The position numbers and the translations under genes were made by a program. Shown piece after piece: positions 63,187 through 64,000 of a stretch of 64,000 nucleotides of DNA. The stretch spans positions 3,348,001 to 3,412,000 of the forward strand of contig NW_025963802.1 of the NCBI RefSeq assembly GCF_023055435.1. Reading direction: 5' to 3'. The notes under the pieces are model-generated. The model did no database searches. It was not told the origin of the DNA and saw nothing but the letters and a program-made list of their open reading frames with translations. This DNA is from Haliotis rufescens (lineage: Eukaryota). How positions within the stretch are numbered: the first letter of the stretch is position 1; each line of letters opens with the position of its first letter.

Positions 63187-63526
63187 ATTGATATTATGAG
63201 AATATCCCACACTGTCGGAGTATGATGAAACCTGAAACCCTGATCTATTTAATCGCCTCGTACACCCAGCATAGGCTGCTACAGTATGTCCCGACAACAC
63301 CACAGTGACGGTTACCTCAAGCCATAAGTTGAAATAATGGAGTCTGACTCCACAATGTATCTGTACTCAAGTGCTAATGCTTACTCAATGATGTAACAAA
63401 AGTCAATATCTCTTCTTGTTTGACAATTCATTGCATGACATGATCCAAAATAACAAACAATATGAAATATTTCATTAACAACACAATTCTGGGAATTGGA
63501 GGCGCCATGATAACAACTGGGATGAG

Positions 63527-63819
63527 TGAGTGAGTGAGTGAGTGAGTTGGGTTTAACGCCGTTTTTAACAAAATTCCAGTCATATCATGGTGCGTCAGCT
63601 TAATGTTGGAGGAAAGCCCGAAGTGATGCAGGTCTTAGCCGTTTACAACTCCGGTGAAACCCACAAGCACGGGTATGGTGCTGACAAACCTAGAAACATA
63701 ATCGGAGCGAACCGTGATTCAAACCCACAATCATAGGTTTCTGGCGAGTCGAAGGTCGAAGGGATGCAACTCTGCACAGCGAATCGCGGTGCCTTAGACG
63801 ACTGGGCCCCCCGTGCCCC
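63527..63819 (-). mobile_element. SINE family D, full length
   Basis: Reverse complement of the 49668 copy. TSD aacaactgggatgag. Confidence 0.9.
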
Positions 63820-64000
63820 AACAACTGGGATGAGGTTGCCTGGCAACATGTGCCGTCACACAGACAGCCACAGGAGATGTCAAGTTGTAAACTCATGGCG
63901 ACATGGTGGTTTTAACAAATCGTACATTGTTCTTGTAAGACGAAGTTATAAAGAGTGAGGGCCCCGTTCAACGAAGTGTACTTATCTCTGTGACTATTGC

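Overview
Repeat-rich eukaryotic (animal) DNA with two assembly gaps. The SINE repertoire suggests a mollusc, probably a gastropod such as abalone (inference from remembered repeat content, not a search). I can support one intact protein-coding unit: a minus-strand ORF of KY/hillarin-type Ig-like domains (47555-48214). I can also support one genuine tRNA gene, an intron-containing tRNA-Lys(UUU) at 58803-58897. The rest is mostly mobile DNA. Four short retroposon families (my labels A-D) share a related 3' tail: A, B and D have tRNA-derived heads, while C has a non-tRNA head that folds into a pseudoknot. Also present are a TIR element family with 9-bp TSDs (E), several palindromic MITE-like elements, a decayed DIRS/Ngaro tyrosine-recombinase retrotransposon, two LINE 3' fragments, a fold-back carrying two Penelope-type hammerhead-like motifs, and about ten minisatellites. 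Most ORFs in the supplied track are repeat artefacts. The best candidates for novelty are the structured head of family C, the hammerhead-like fold-back, the intron-containing tRNA-Lys, and the possibly catalytic-domain-less KY-like gene. Boundaries were read by eye and are approximate where elements are decayed.
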